46,651 bases of DNA from an uncultured Candidatus Poseidoniales archaeon (GTDB lineage Archaea > Thermoplasmatota > Poseidoniia > Poseidoniales > Poseidoniaceae). Under the pieces are notes generated by a model. The model saw only the letters and a program-made list of their open reading frames with translations, was not told the DNA's origin and searched no databases. Both the position numbers and the translations under genes were made by a program. The stretch lies in the NCBI GenBank assembly GCA_905182635.1, contig CAJJCM010000002.1:1-46651 (forward strand). Direction: 5' to 3'. Position 1 is the first letter of the stretch. The number at the start of each line of letters is the position of its first letter. Shown here piece after piece: positions 1 through 14,159 of this stretch.

Positions 1-3000
1 CTCGGTGGGGGCCCTGCTGTTCGCCAGTTGGTCCAAGACTCAGCAACAGGAGGCATGGGTGTTGAAAACTTAGCGATTTCTCCTGTCAGCGGTCAGAGCG
101 GCCTGCTTGGAAGAACGATGGGGCAAATCTTTGCTAATTTCTCAATTGCGGCTGTTTTGGATTCATCGCAAGGGATTTACGGATTTTCGAATCTTGATTT
201 GACGGCTTCCTGCTCTGCCGCTTCATTCTGTCGAGTTCAGCCTGCAGATACCAACAGTGATTGGGCAGGGCCGTGGTCATCGACTGGGCATACTGTTGAA
301 GGATGGGGCATTCGAGCGTTCAAGTTCACACCTGGCATCTCCTCGCCTGCTCCCTTAACCATGCGATTAACTGCAGATGTAAGTCAATTTGACGGTGTCG
401 TCGTTTCACGTGCCACTACGGATGGTTTGTGGACTGCTACAGATTTAAATTTCCAAAACAACGTTGCTACTGCACTCATTCCCGGTTTCGGAAATTTAAC
501 CGATGAAGTCTGGGCCATCACTTGGTATGCCAGCACAATCGCCGATTGCGATCGGACCAGTTGCGGGCCATCGTATCCACAAGGCACCGTAGATATCGAA
601 GCCGCCCGCATCACATCCCCTGCTACATTGACTCTCAATACGACCACGCTGAGTGATCGTGATGGTGACGGTTCACCTGACACTGCTCAAGTAAATTTCG
701 AAGTATTTTCAAACGCCTTCTTCGAAGACCTTGATGTCACAACCAAGGTTCTTGACAACAGTGGAGTTGTTGTTGATACCCAAACTAAGCGAGTTTCGGC
801 TGGTGGCGGTACGGCTACAGAAGAGAGTATTTGGTTCACTGCACCCTACAATTCTCAATATACCTTCCAAATGGAAATGCAAGATATGATTGGCATAACC
901 GCCGATACGTTATCCACTTCTCCTCAAGTGCTCAACAACATGATGCCAACGGCAAACGGCACACTTTCACCAAACGAATCCCAAACTTGGGAGAACATTC
1001 AATTTTCGGGTGATGGATTCGATGCATGGGGTCTATCATTTGACAACAATTCGTTGCCTTACCTCGATGCACCGATTGCATATGCTTGGGATTTCGGAGA
1101 TTCAACAACCTCTGGCTTGAAATCGCCGTACCGTTCCTACCAATCTATTGGCTTATACAACGCAACTCTGCGTGTCCAAGACCAAGGTGGCTCATGGTCT
1201 GATGTCGATGTTCTACCGTTGAATATCACCGACACCACTCCACCAATTCCTTTGATTACGGTTAATAATTTATTAATCGAGGAGGAAATCACCATTCTCA
1301 CCAATCAAATGATTTTGTTTTCAGGCTCTTTGACCGTCGACAATGTTCCAACTCAGAATTTATCATTCCAATGGGATTGGGGCGATGGAATGACCGATGG
1401 TGGAATCGGTATGTTTGACGCACCTCACGGATGGGGAGATATCGATGGAGTCAATGCTACTTACGACCTGACACTGACCGTTTCAGATGGCATCAACATC
1501 GGTGTCAAAAGTATTCTTGTTCATGTCAACAACCGAATTCCGTATCAAATCTTTTCGGAAAACTTGTCGACGTATACCTATACTGCAATCGTGATGCCAG
1601 ATGTGTTCAAAGATTCTGATGGTAGCATCGTCTCTTATTCGTGGGTTTTCCCTGATGGCGTCAATCTTGACGGTGGAGTGACGATGCGAGACGATGAATT
1701 CACACTTACGACTTCGAATAATCCCAATCCGATGCCATCATGGGATACACCCGGAATAAAATCAGCTGAATTAACCGTGACGGATGATGATGGAAGTTCG
1801 GCATCTGCAGTGTTGTTGATCTCTGTTTTGAATCAAATCCCAGTTGCAGATTTTATTGTTAAAACAACCACTTCCGGAACTTCAATTATTGATTTCAGAG
1901 TTGAAGACGGCCAAGTCGAAACTCCATACACCTTTGATGGGCGCACTTCATTTGACCCTGATGGCACAGTTGGAGATTCAAGCGATTTGACCTATAACTG
2001 GAGTTTTTCTGATGATGAATCCTTTGGCGCAAGTCCGCAAGTCACTCATTCCTTTTCTCTGCCGGGCGTTCACACGGTGACTCTTATCGTGACCGATGAG
2101 GCCGGTGCACAAAGCACTGCCAGAGTGTTGACGGTTGAAATTGCCAACCCTTTGCCAATCATCGCTGTTCAAATCCTCGATGCTTGGTCGAACGGCGAAC
2201 AAATAACTGATTCCAGTGTTCTTCCTGAAGTGACCGATTTAGATTGGTCTCGAACCTTTAACGAACAAGAAGAAACGTTTGCAGCACCGCATTCTTTACT
2301 GTATTTCGATTCCGATGGAACCCGTGATGGTGACCAATCATTTGAAGGGAAATATGTTCCATTGGATGTCAATTCACCCGATTGGAACGGTCTTGTCCAA
2401 TACAGTTGGGATTTCGGTGATGGTTCCCCACTTGACCATGAAGCAACACCTTGGCATGCCTATTCACTTCCTGGTAAATACACGGTGTCACTCACAGTTC
2501 GAGATGCATTTGGTACGGGAGATGTCACTCGTGCATATTTCACGGTCATCATCGATCATCCGCCGGTGATTCACGACATCTTCACTCCAGAGGATGTTAT
2601 TGTTTCAGATTCACACTCTTTCTCAGCAAACATCTCAGATATTGAAACAGACCTTGGTCTTGCAATCTATCGCGATACGAACATCAATGATGGTTCAATC
2701 TCCGACCGGGATGAAACGCTCAGTCCAGTCTTGCAGATTCGCTGGGACATGGATATTGAAACCGATGCAGATAACAACGGAAATCCCGCAGATGACTGGA
2801 TTGAACCACAGGCTGGCACTGAGACTCGTGTTGCTGGAAGATGGACTGAAGTCGGCACCTATACACTTCGTTTGGAAGTTTGTGACAGCGTCGGCATCTG
2901 TGATTCCATGGACCGAGAACTCGATGTCAATCCCGAACCTACTGCACCACCATCTTTGTCAGATTTCAGTGTTGAAGAATGGAAGAGTTGGCTTGCTGAT

Positions 3001-3264
3001 GCCGGTTCTGACCTTGCAACCTTTGTTGCTCTGATTGCGGTGGCGTTGATACTTGGTTGGCTTGTCATGCGAGACAAGTCTGAACTTGAGGATGAAGCAA
3101 AGCAAGCAGCAGAGACCTATACCGATGTCGAGCATGTCGAAGACCAAGGTGGTTTACTTGGCATGGACCACCATGCCCCACCGCCTGTACCGGGAATCTT
3201 ATCGAAAGACGAACGTAGAAGTGATGACAGTGGATATATTCGGCCTCTTCGACGAAGAGGTTGA
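1..3264 (+). CDS. Large extracellular multi-PKD-domain protein with C-terminal membrane anchor (5'-truncated; possibly a peptidase-PKD fusion)
   Basis: The frame is open from base 1, so the true start lies upstream. Repeated PKD signatures (YAWDFGDS, WDWGDG, YSWVFPDG, YNWSFSD, YSWDFGDG, each followed by a 'Y/H-x-V-x-L-x-V-x-D'-like strand), DxDGDG Ca-binding-like motifs, and a C-terminal hydrophobic helix (LATFVALIAVALILGWLVM). Confidence 0.85.
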   Translation, partial: LGGGPAVRQLVQDSATGGMGVENLAISPVSGQSGLLGRTMGQIFANFSIAAVLDSSQGIYGFSNLDLTASCSAASFCRVQPADTNSDWAGPWSSTGHTVEGWGIRAFKFTPGISSPAPLTMRLTADVSQFDGVVVSRATTDGLWTATDLNFQNNVATALIPGFGNLTDEVWAITWYASTIADCDRTSCGPSYPQGTVDIEAARITSPATLTLNTTTLSDRDGDGSPDTAQVNFEVFSNAFFEDLDVTTKVLDNSGVVVDTQTKRVSAGGGTATEESIWFTAPYNSQYTFQMEMQDMIGITADTLSTSPQVLNNMMPTANGTLSPNESQTWENIQFSGDGFDAWGLSFDNNSLPYLDAPIAYAWDFGDSTTSGLKSPYRSYQSIGLYNATLRVQDQGGSWSDVDVLPLNITDTTPPIPLITVNNLLIEEEITILTNQMILFSGSLTVDNVPTQNLSFQWDWGDGMTDGGIGMFDAPHGWGDIDGVNATYDLTLTVSDGINIGVKSILVHVNNRIPYQIFSENLSTYTYTAIVMPDVFKDSDGSIVSYSWVFPDGVNLDGGVTMRDDEFTLTTSNNPNPMPSWDTPGIKSAELTVTDDDGSSASAVLLISVLNQIPVADFIVKTTTSGTSIIDFRVEDGQVETPYTFDGRTSFDPDGTVGDSSDLTYNWSFSDDESFGASPQVTHSFSLPGVHTVTLIVTDEAGAQSTARVLTVEIANPLPIIAVQILDAWSNGEQITDSSVLPEVTDLDWSRTFNEQEETFAAPHSLLYFDSDGTRDGDQSFEGKYVPLDVNSPDWNGLVQYSWDFGDGSPLDHEATPWHAYSLPGKYTVSLTVRDAFGTGDVTRAYFTVIIDHPPVIHDIFTPEDVIVSDSHSFSANISDIETDLGLAIYRDTNINDGSISDRDETLSPVLQIRWDMDIETDADNNGNPADDWIEPQAGTETRVAGRWTEVGTYTLRLEVCDSVGICDSMDRELDVNPEPTAPPSLSDFSVEEWKSWLADAGSDLATFVALIAVALILGWLVMRDKSELEDEAKQAAETYTDVEHVEDQGGLLGMDHHAPPPVPGILSKDERRSDDSGYIRPLRRRG

Positions 3265-3312
3265 CCGTTAGTTTGTATAACCCCCTTTTGTATCGCTGTA
3301 TGAGGAGAAGCC

Positions 3313-4479
3313 ATGTCATCGCATATACGAGTGAGTTCAATTACGTTGACCTTGCTCTTACCGATGCTTTTGGTGTTACTTTCCAGCCCAATCTCTATGC
3401 AGGTTCAAGCTGCGGATTCTTGCGCGGGTGATACTTCCCCGATTCGCTGGAATGAGACGGCTCAGCGAACGGCTTTGGTCCCCCATTACAACGGCAATTG
3501 GTGGAATAGTTGGCTCGAGGAGGACGGTAGAGACGATGGAAGAAGGGGTAATGGGAATAACAACGGGGATAACAATGACGATATGGCGGAAGAACCTCAA
3601 ACACCTTCAGATGTGGTTGTGGGTCCCGAAGAACCCTGGATGTATGAATCTTGGATGTTGCCTCGCCTTGAACCACTTGAGGAAAACCATTACACAACGA
3701 TGTTAATTGGTAACGACAGCGTTGGTGCTTTGAGGGTAAATCTTTCAGCCGATTATCGGACGACGGTTTGTGTCCGCCTTCAAGATACCAATCTCAATGC
3801 GGTTGAAGGGGACGTCTATCTCTTCACGACTGAGGAATATGAGAGTTATACTCAATCGTATAATACGGCTCATGAAACATCCGACTTTCGGTTCGACGAA
3901 ATCGAAGAGTCGCTTTCGAATATTCCACCTGAATGGAGAAGTTTAAATTTTTTAGGTTGGAAATCGTATCGAGATTCACATGAATATGAGCGGACTTCTG
4001 AAGTAAATTTCGCCTTGAACCTCGACGGTCCAGAGATCTACTCGTCACTCTTTTCAGGAACGGATTGGCAGGATTTCTATATCGTCATCGACACTTGGGA
4101 TAATGTCCATGATAACGACGCAGTCGCTCCGAATTCAATTATCGCAGCGGACGTTACCATCATTACCACTGAACGAAGTTTCATCCTCCCTCCATTCACA
4201 GTATCTCTTGTATTCTTGGTGACATTTCTCGGAACACTTGCCATCCCGTTTATCCTCAATGCAAAGTATATGAAAGCAGGATTGATCGCTGAGATGCCAC
4301 AAAACATAGTCCCCTCACTGGATACTCCTGCTGAATATCCACAGCCACATCCTCCGGTAGTCCCGCCTCAAAAAGAGGTCGTCAGCCTTCCCGAACCAGC
4401 ACGAATTGAGCCTTCTGGATATCAATCGGTTTCAGAAGGACTTGATGGGCAAGTCCGTGTAGAATCAGAGTTGCCCTAA
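3313..4479 (+). CDS. Hypothetical secreted/membrane-anchored protein
   Basis: 388-aa ORF with GAGGAG SD, N-terminal signal peptide, acidic ectodomain with a G/N/D-rich patch, C-terminal TM helix and Pro-rich tail. Confidence 0.75.
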   Translation: MSSHIRVSSITLTLLLPMLLVLLSSPISMQVQAADSCAGDTSPIRWNETAQRTALVPHYNGNWWNSWLEEDGRDDGRRGNGNNNGDNNDDMAEEPQTPSDVVVGPEEPWMYESWMLPRLEPLEENHYTTMLIGNDSVGALRVNLSADYRTTVCVRLQDTNLNAVEGDVYLFTTEEYESYTQSYNTAHETSDFRFDEIEESLSNIPPEWRSLNFLGWKSYRDSHEYERTSEVNFALNLDGPEIYSSLFSGTDWQDFYIVIDTWDNVHDNDAVAPNSIIAADVTIITTERSFILPPFTVSLVFLVTFLGTLAIPFILNAKYMKAGLIAEMPQNIVPSLDTPAEYPQPHPPVVPPQKEVVSLPEPARIEPSGYQSVSEGLDGQVRVESELP

Positions 4480-4509
4480 AAACGCCGTTTGTGAGGGCTA
4501 TCTTCGAAC

Positions 4510-5436
4510 TTAATACTCAAGGAGTCTCCAAGCATCTTGGAGGTCTCGAACGTTCACAAGGCCCTTGTCAGAGAGGCGGAATTCATCTCGCATGGTTGCG
4601 TAGACCAAATCTTGCCCAAGTGTTGGGGCGTGAATCCGAGTCCAATCGCCACCGTTTCCAAGCGCCATGATGCTGTAAGGGGGGGTCGAATCTTGAGCAC
4701 TCAATGTGTTTGCTGCATCGACGAGTTGGAGTGCGTCTTGGTGGTCTTTGAGTGTGCTGCAGAATTTGACGAGATCTCCACTGTCTGCGTTTGAAGTGAC
4801 AAAAGAGACGATATCTTCAGAACTTGGTGTCCCATTCATATCATGCTGCGATGCGATAATTTGACATTTTGCTGCTTGAGCGGCTTCAACAAGAGCTTTA
4901 CGATCTTTGGCTTTAATCGATAATTCGAGGTCAATCCATTTGACCTCTGACTCGATAGCGGATTGAAGAATGACAAGGCGTTGCTTCTCATCACCTGAGA
5001 AATGGCCGCCGTCACGAACGGAGCGAACTGAAAAAATAACTGGGAGGGCGATTGCTTCTTTGAGTGCGGCGATGGATTTTTCGACATCGACTTCTTCAAA
5101 GTCCATAACAGGCCATTCATTGACTGAAGGCATGGTCGAGATACGCTTGCCTTCCGCATCCTCGGTAATAGTTGCTTGAGGCTTTTTGAGATACAGCCGG
5201 TCAAAACGAACTTCAATCATATTGGCGCCTTGAATTCCTGCACGAGCAGCTTCGTCAACCATTGCTTTCACGGTTGTTTCTTCAAGAGATACGCATATCT
5301 TGGGGTTGGGCATACTTTCGGCGACTTTGGCACGCTTCTTAACGCTCTCGCTTGTATTGTTTTGAGGATTCAGTCCTAATGCGGAGGTTTTCCGGCTTTT
5401 TTTTGACCGCATTTGTTGGTGATTTTTCCGGCTCAA
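4510..5436 (-). CDS. aroD: Type I 3-dehydroquinate dehydratase
   Basis: Motifs IEVRFD, FSVRSVRDGGHF, WIDLEL, SQHD (catalytic His), DLVKF (Schiff-base Lys), MALG...TRI. The real start may be the ATG at 5313 (MPNPKICVSL). Confidence 0.85.
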   Translation of the reverse strand: MSRKNHQQMRSKKSRKTSALGLNPQNNTSESVKKRAKVAESMPNPKICVSLEETTVKAMVDEAARAGIQGANMIEVRFDRLYLKKPQATITEDAEGKRISTMPSVNEWPVMDFEEVDVEKSIAALKEAIALPVIFSVRSVRDGGHFSGDEKQRLVILQSAIESEVKWIDLELSIKAKDRKALVEAAQAAKCQIIASQHDMNGTPSSEDIVSFVTSNADSGDLVKFCSTLKDHQDALQLVDAANTLSAQDSTPPYSIMALGNGGDWTRIHAPTLGQDLVYATMRDEFRLSDKGLVNVRDLQDAWRLLEY

Positions 5437-5616
5437 AAGAGTGTTCTTGAACGCGAAAAGTTAGCCTGAAATGCAGGTGGTTTGACACCCCTTTTGGAGT
5501 ACCTTTATACCCCCTCGGCACAGGGTATAGTTGTAGAGGGGCGTGAGGAGAGCGGAATAGGGGACTGCGGTCCAAAATTATCCTGTCAACTGCCTCATTT
5601 TTCAACTCATTTCTGA

Positions 5617-10330
<4,714 letters not shown>

Positions 10331-10416
10331 TCTTCCTAACGAAGCGACGCCTTCAAACATGATTCCATACTGTGCGTGTTTGTACCGGCCCCCGTCGGCC
10401 GTTGCGGTGATGTTTT

Positions 10417-11673
10417 ATGGATGAGCGCTCATTGATTTATAATTGGAATACTGTAGACTATGAACTCAACCGAAAACCAGCCAATCACCCCCATGGAGTT
10501 TGGTTCGATGATGAGACTCTTCGAGACGGATTGCAAAGCCCAAGCGCTCGAAACCCAACCATTGAACAAAAAATTGAATTACTCACTTTTATGGAAAATC
10601 TTGGCATTCAAAAGGTGGACCTTGGCCTGCCTGGCGCAGGTCCATACCATTTGGAACACATCGATGCATTGATGTCTCATATCACTGAAAATGATTTCAA
10701 AATCCGACCCGGTGCTGCAGTTCGAACACTCATGAATGACATCGAACCTTTGGTTGAGTTACAAGTCAAACATGGCACTCCAATCCAGGCCAGCGCTTTC
10801 TTAGGCACCAGCCCAATACGTCAATATACAGAAGGGTGGACAATCGAAAAACTTCTTACAACGATGGAAAAACCAGTTTCTTTTGCGATTGAAAACGATG
10901 TACAGGTTATGTTTGTCACCGAAGACACAACCCGTTCGAAACCGGAAGATGTCAAAATCATCTACCAACGTGCAATGGAATTGGGAGTCCGCCGTCTTTG
11001 TATTTGCGATACATGCGGTCACGTCACTCCAAACGGGGTCAAAAAGTTGTTACAATTCATCGATGAAGAAGTCATCAAAGATGCAGGCTACAAGCGTGCA
11101 GAAATCGAAGTTAACTGGCATGGTCACCAAGATCGTGGCTTGGGTGTTGCGAACAACATCGCTGCTGTTGAAGCAGGTGCAGACGTTATTCACGGAACCG
11201 CGTTGGGTGTCGGGGAACGCGCCGGCAATGCTCCACTTGACCTGACTTTGGTCAATCTCAAACTTCTCGGAGTGATTGATAACGACCTTACCCAACTGGG
11301 TGCTTATGTGAAAAAGGCAAACGAATACATCGAAGTACCTCTTCCTCGTAACTATCCCGTCTTTGGTATGGATGCTTTTGAAACTGGAACTGGTGTTCAC
11401 GCTTCTGCCGTGATCAAGGCCATGCGGAAGGGCAACAATTGGTTAGCAGACCGAGTGTATTCTGGTGTCCCTGCTGGAGATTTTGGACTGAAACAAGTTA
11501 TCCGTATTGGACATATGGCCGGTCGTTCAAACATCATTTGGTGGCTTGAACAAAACGGCTATGAAACTCCAGATGACCTTGTAAACCATATTTTTGAAGT
11601 GGCCAAAAGCCAGCGACGAAACATGGAAGAGATTGAAGTGAAGAACGCAGTTGATGCTTTCCTAAACGCTTGA
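10417..11673 (+). CDS. 2-isopropylmalate/homocitrate/citramalate synthase family (DRE-TIM) enzyme without C-terminal regulatory domain
   Basis: DETLRDGLQ, ICDTCG, HGHQDRGLGVAN, GVGERAGNA, GVHASA. At 418 aa it is short for LeuA; substrate cannot be resolved. Confidence 0.85.
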   Translation: MDERSLIYNWNTVDYELNRKPANHPHGVWFDDETLRDGLQSPSARNPTIEQKIELLTFMENLGIQKVDLGLPGAGPYHLEHIDALMSHITENDFKIRPGAAVRTLMNDIEPLVELQVKHGTPIQASAFLGTSPIRQYTEGWTIEKLLTTMEKPVSFAIENDVQVMFVTEDTTRSKPEDVKIIYQRAMELGVRRLCICDTCGHVTPNGVKKLLQFIDEEVIKDAGYKRAEIEVNWHGHQDRGLGVANNIAAVEAGADVIHGTALGVGERAGNAPLDLTLVNLKLLGVIDNDLTQLGAYVKKANEYIEVPLPRNYPVFGMDAFETGTGVHASAVIKAMRKGNNWLADRVYSGVPAGDFGLKQVIRIGHMAGRSNIIWWLEQNGYETPDDLVNHIFEVAKSQRRNMEEIEVKNAVDAFLNA

Positions 11674-13005
11674 TTAGGCTTCAGCCTCTTCTTCGTTTTC
11701 GGAGAATGTGTCACCTTTGACAGCGTTCAATTCCTTTGTTACCGTCCATTCGGACTCAACACTTCCGCCACTCCATTCTGCATCGACAGCGACTTCGTCG
11801 ACTTCAGTCTCCTCTCTCCAAACGGGTTCACTTTGTGAGCCGCACACAAGGAAACGGCCATTGTCATCAATTTGGTCGTTCAACAGACGGAGATGCTTCG
11901 AAATCGGTAAGAAATGCCCAACAGGCATTCCTGCTGCAGTAAAGGGATTCGTGGCTGCGCCAATGATCAATCCATCTTCAGGGGCAACCACATCGACGGT
12001 AATACCCGGTGTCCCTGGGTCTGAGATGGTTGCGATGACTTCACCTTCACGCATTACTGAGCCTGCTGAGACAAACATGTCCAACAAGCCACTCTCGCCT
12101 GCTCGTAGCCAGTGTGAACCACTTGCGAGCATTCGGAATCGTGGGCGATGAGGATTACCATCGATCATACGCAGCGAACGAAGAACATTCAAGACACCAT
12201 GCATGGCGACCTTGACCGCTTCGTGGTCAAGGGAATTCGCCCCGCCACCTTCGTAGGTAATGACTGGGATGTCAAGTTCGATTGCTGCTTTGCGCAAAGA
12301 CCCAGAGGGTGGTTTTGAATCGAGAATAATTTCAATTCCAAAAGCTTTCGCAAGAATATTTGAACCAGCATGAGTTAATTTTGCACGAAGTTGTGGCATA
12401 TTGGAGCGACCTTTTCCAGCACTGTGCAAATCGACAATTGCGTCAACGTCGGAGAACAAATACTTCCATGTTTGAGCCGCCACCCGCCTTGTAGTGGAGC
12501 CTTTCATGTCTCCAGGGAAATTGCGATTCAAATCACGACCATCGGGGAAGTATCTCGATTTCGACCGATATCCGGGTAAGTTGACAATCGGCACAATACG
12601 AATGGTTCCAGCCAATTGCATAGGGTCGAGAGGTTTTCCAGAATCTGTAAAGTTGTTTGAAAGTAAGTGTGTACATGTTGAGGGGCCGGTCAACTCATCG
12701 CCGTGTACACCACCGAGAATGGTAATGGTTGGGCCAGGTCGAATGCCATGTAGAATCGTGACTGGAATCGGCCATGAATCCCCCAAATTGGTATTGAGGA
12801 GTGGGAGATGAACGGTTCGCATTGTACCCGGTTTGATGATTTTACGATAGAAGCGTGCATTGGGCCATTTTGCACTTCGATCCCATTCGGGCCGGTCTTC
12901 TAATTTGTGTGCCGCCATTGCTTCTTGAATGGCGTTTCTTCTTCGTTTTGGAAGTTCATGGGCAACACGAATTTTGGACTTCGTCCGTGGTTTCTTTGCT
13001 GCCAT
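11674..13005 (-). CDS. Succinylglutamate desuccinylase/aspartoacylase (M14-like) family protein
   Basis: GGVHGDELTG, DLNRNFPG, VDLHS, YEGGG zinc-carboxypeptidase motifs, plus a C-terminal hybrid-motif-like domain. Basic N-terminal and acidic C-terminal extensions. Confidence 0.88.
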   Translation of the reverse strand: MAAKKPRTKSKIRVAHELPKRRRNAIQEAMAAHKLEDRPEWDRSAKWPNARFYRKIIKPGTMRTVHLPLLNTNLGDSWPIPVTILHGIRPGPTITILGGVHGDELTGPSTCTHLLSNNFTDSGKPLDPMQLAGTIRIVPIVNLPGYRSKSRYFPDGRDLNRNFPGDMKGSTTRRVAAQTWKYLFSDVDAIVDLHSAGKGRSNMPQLRAKLTHAGSNILAKAFGIEIILDSKPPSGSLRKAAIELDIPVITYEGGGANSLDHEAVKVAMHGVLNVLRSLRMIDGNPHRPRFRMLASGSHWLRAGESGLLDMFVSAGSVMREGEVIATISDPGTPGITVDVVAPEDGLIIGAATNPFTAAGMPVGHFLPISKHLRLLNDQIDDNGRFLVCGSQSEPVWREETEVDEVAVDAEWSGGSVESEWTVTKELNAVKGDTFSENEEEAEA

Positions 13006-13096
13006 GGTGTTGGCAGTGAACCCCCCTCAATAAGAATGCTCATATATTCGTACAAACAAGCAAAGAAAACAAGTGCTTACAGGTGAGCCCAAGGTT

Positions 13097-13564
13097 ATGG
13101 AAGAAGTCGGTGTACAACGTCAATATGCTCCAAGTTCGATATGTTTCGGATGCGGTCCAGCCAATCAACAAGGTTTGCAAATCAACAGTATTCGTATTGA
13201 AAACGGACTTTCAATGGAGTTTCTGCCCGAACAGCACCACCAAGCCTTCCCCGGTATGATTAACGGAGGAATCATTGGAACCCTTTTGGATTGCCATGGG
13301 AATTGGACGGCGGCTGTTGCGCTTATGGATGCACAAGGTCTCGAAGAGCCACCGTGTACCGTTACAGCCTCTTATACGGTTAAATTACGCCGCCCTACAC
13401 CGACAGATACCGTTCTCAAAGTGACCAGTCAAATCAAAGAATTAAGTGATGACCGAGTAGAAATTGAATTGCTCTTGGAAGCGAATGACAAAGTCTGTGC
13501 AACGGGGAGTGGACTGTTTGTTGCGGTGAAAGAAGGGCATCCTGCTTATCACCGATGGAGTTGA
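13097..13564 (+). CDS. PaaI-family hotdog-fold thioesterase
   Basis: CFGCGPANQQGL, FPGMINGGIIGTLLDCH, VTASYTVKLRRPTP. ATG at 13097 preferred. Confidence 0.88.
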   Translation: MEEVGVQRQYAPSSICFGCGPANQQGLQINSIRIENGLSMEFLPEQHHQAFPGMINGGIIGTLLDCHGNWTAAVALMDAQGLEEPPCTVTASYTVKLRRPTPTDTVLKVTSQIKELSDDRVEIELLLEANDKVCATGSGLFVAVKEGHPAYHRWS

Positions 13565-13572
13565 GCCAAACA

Positions 13573-14103
13573 ATGGCAAAACCAAGCAAAGAGCAGGTTC
13601 TTCTCTTGGATGAGTTGAGAAACTTCGTCATTGAGGTCATGCGAGATATGCCTGAGTGGGTTGATGCAAAAGTTGAGCGTTTGCGCTCAATACCATTGGG
13701 TGTGCTTCGTAGGAATGCAACCCAACGTCATGGAGTTACTCGTTGGCGACGAGGTGTTGACCTTCGTTCCCTCAACCCAGAAGATGTTGAAGTGATTGAT
13801 ATTCATCCTCAAATGTTGAATCCACAGTGGAAGGCATATTCTGCCTTTGTCTTACACCATGAATACATTCATGCGCTTGGATTACGTGCTCATAATACTC
13901 TTTTTCGAACACTTGAGGCGGCTTGGCCTGGCCGTACAGCCGGTGGACATGGTACTCAGTTTACCGAACACCTGCGTCGCGAAAAAGCGATTTGGCTATG
14001 GTGTTGCCCAGATTGTCAACAAGAATTCCCACGACAAAAACCATCTCGTAGAAAATATCGATGTCGTAAATGCAATACGATTCTTATCGATAAAAAAATC
14101 TAA
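13573..14103 (+). CDS. SprT-like zinc metalloprotease with C-terminal Zn ribbon
   Basis: HEYIH (HExxH) followed by a third His (AHNTLF), then CPDC...CRKC. Confidence 0.75.
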   Translation: MAKPSKEQVLLLDELRNFVIEVMRDMPEWVDAKVERLRSIPLGVLRRNATQRHGVTRWRRGVDLRSLNPEDVEVIDIHPQMLNPQWKAYSAFVLHHEYIHALGLRAHNTLFRTLEAAWPGRTAGGHGTQFTEHLRREKAIWLWCCPDCQQEFPRQKPSRRKYRCRKCNTILIDKKI

Positions 14104-14159
14104 ATATCGCCTTAGCATCAAACCATTGAATTGAAGGGAGATGATGAATACGGCAATCT

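Noticed and set aside
3526-3582. AAC/GAC/GGG-rich quasi-repeat
   Set aside because: It encodes a low-complexity G/N/D linker. It is not a tandem repeat or CRISPR unit.
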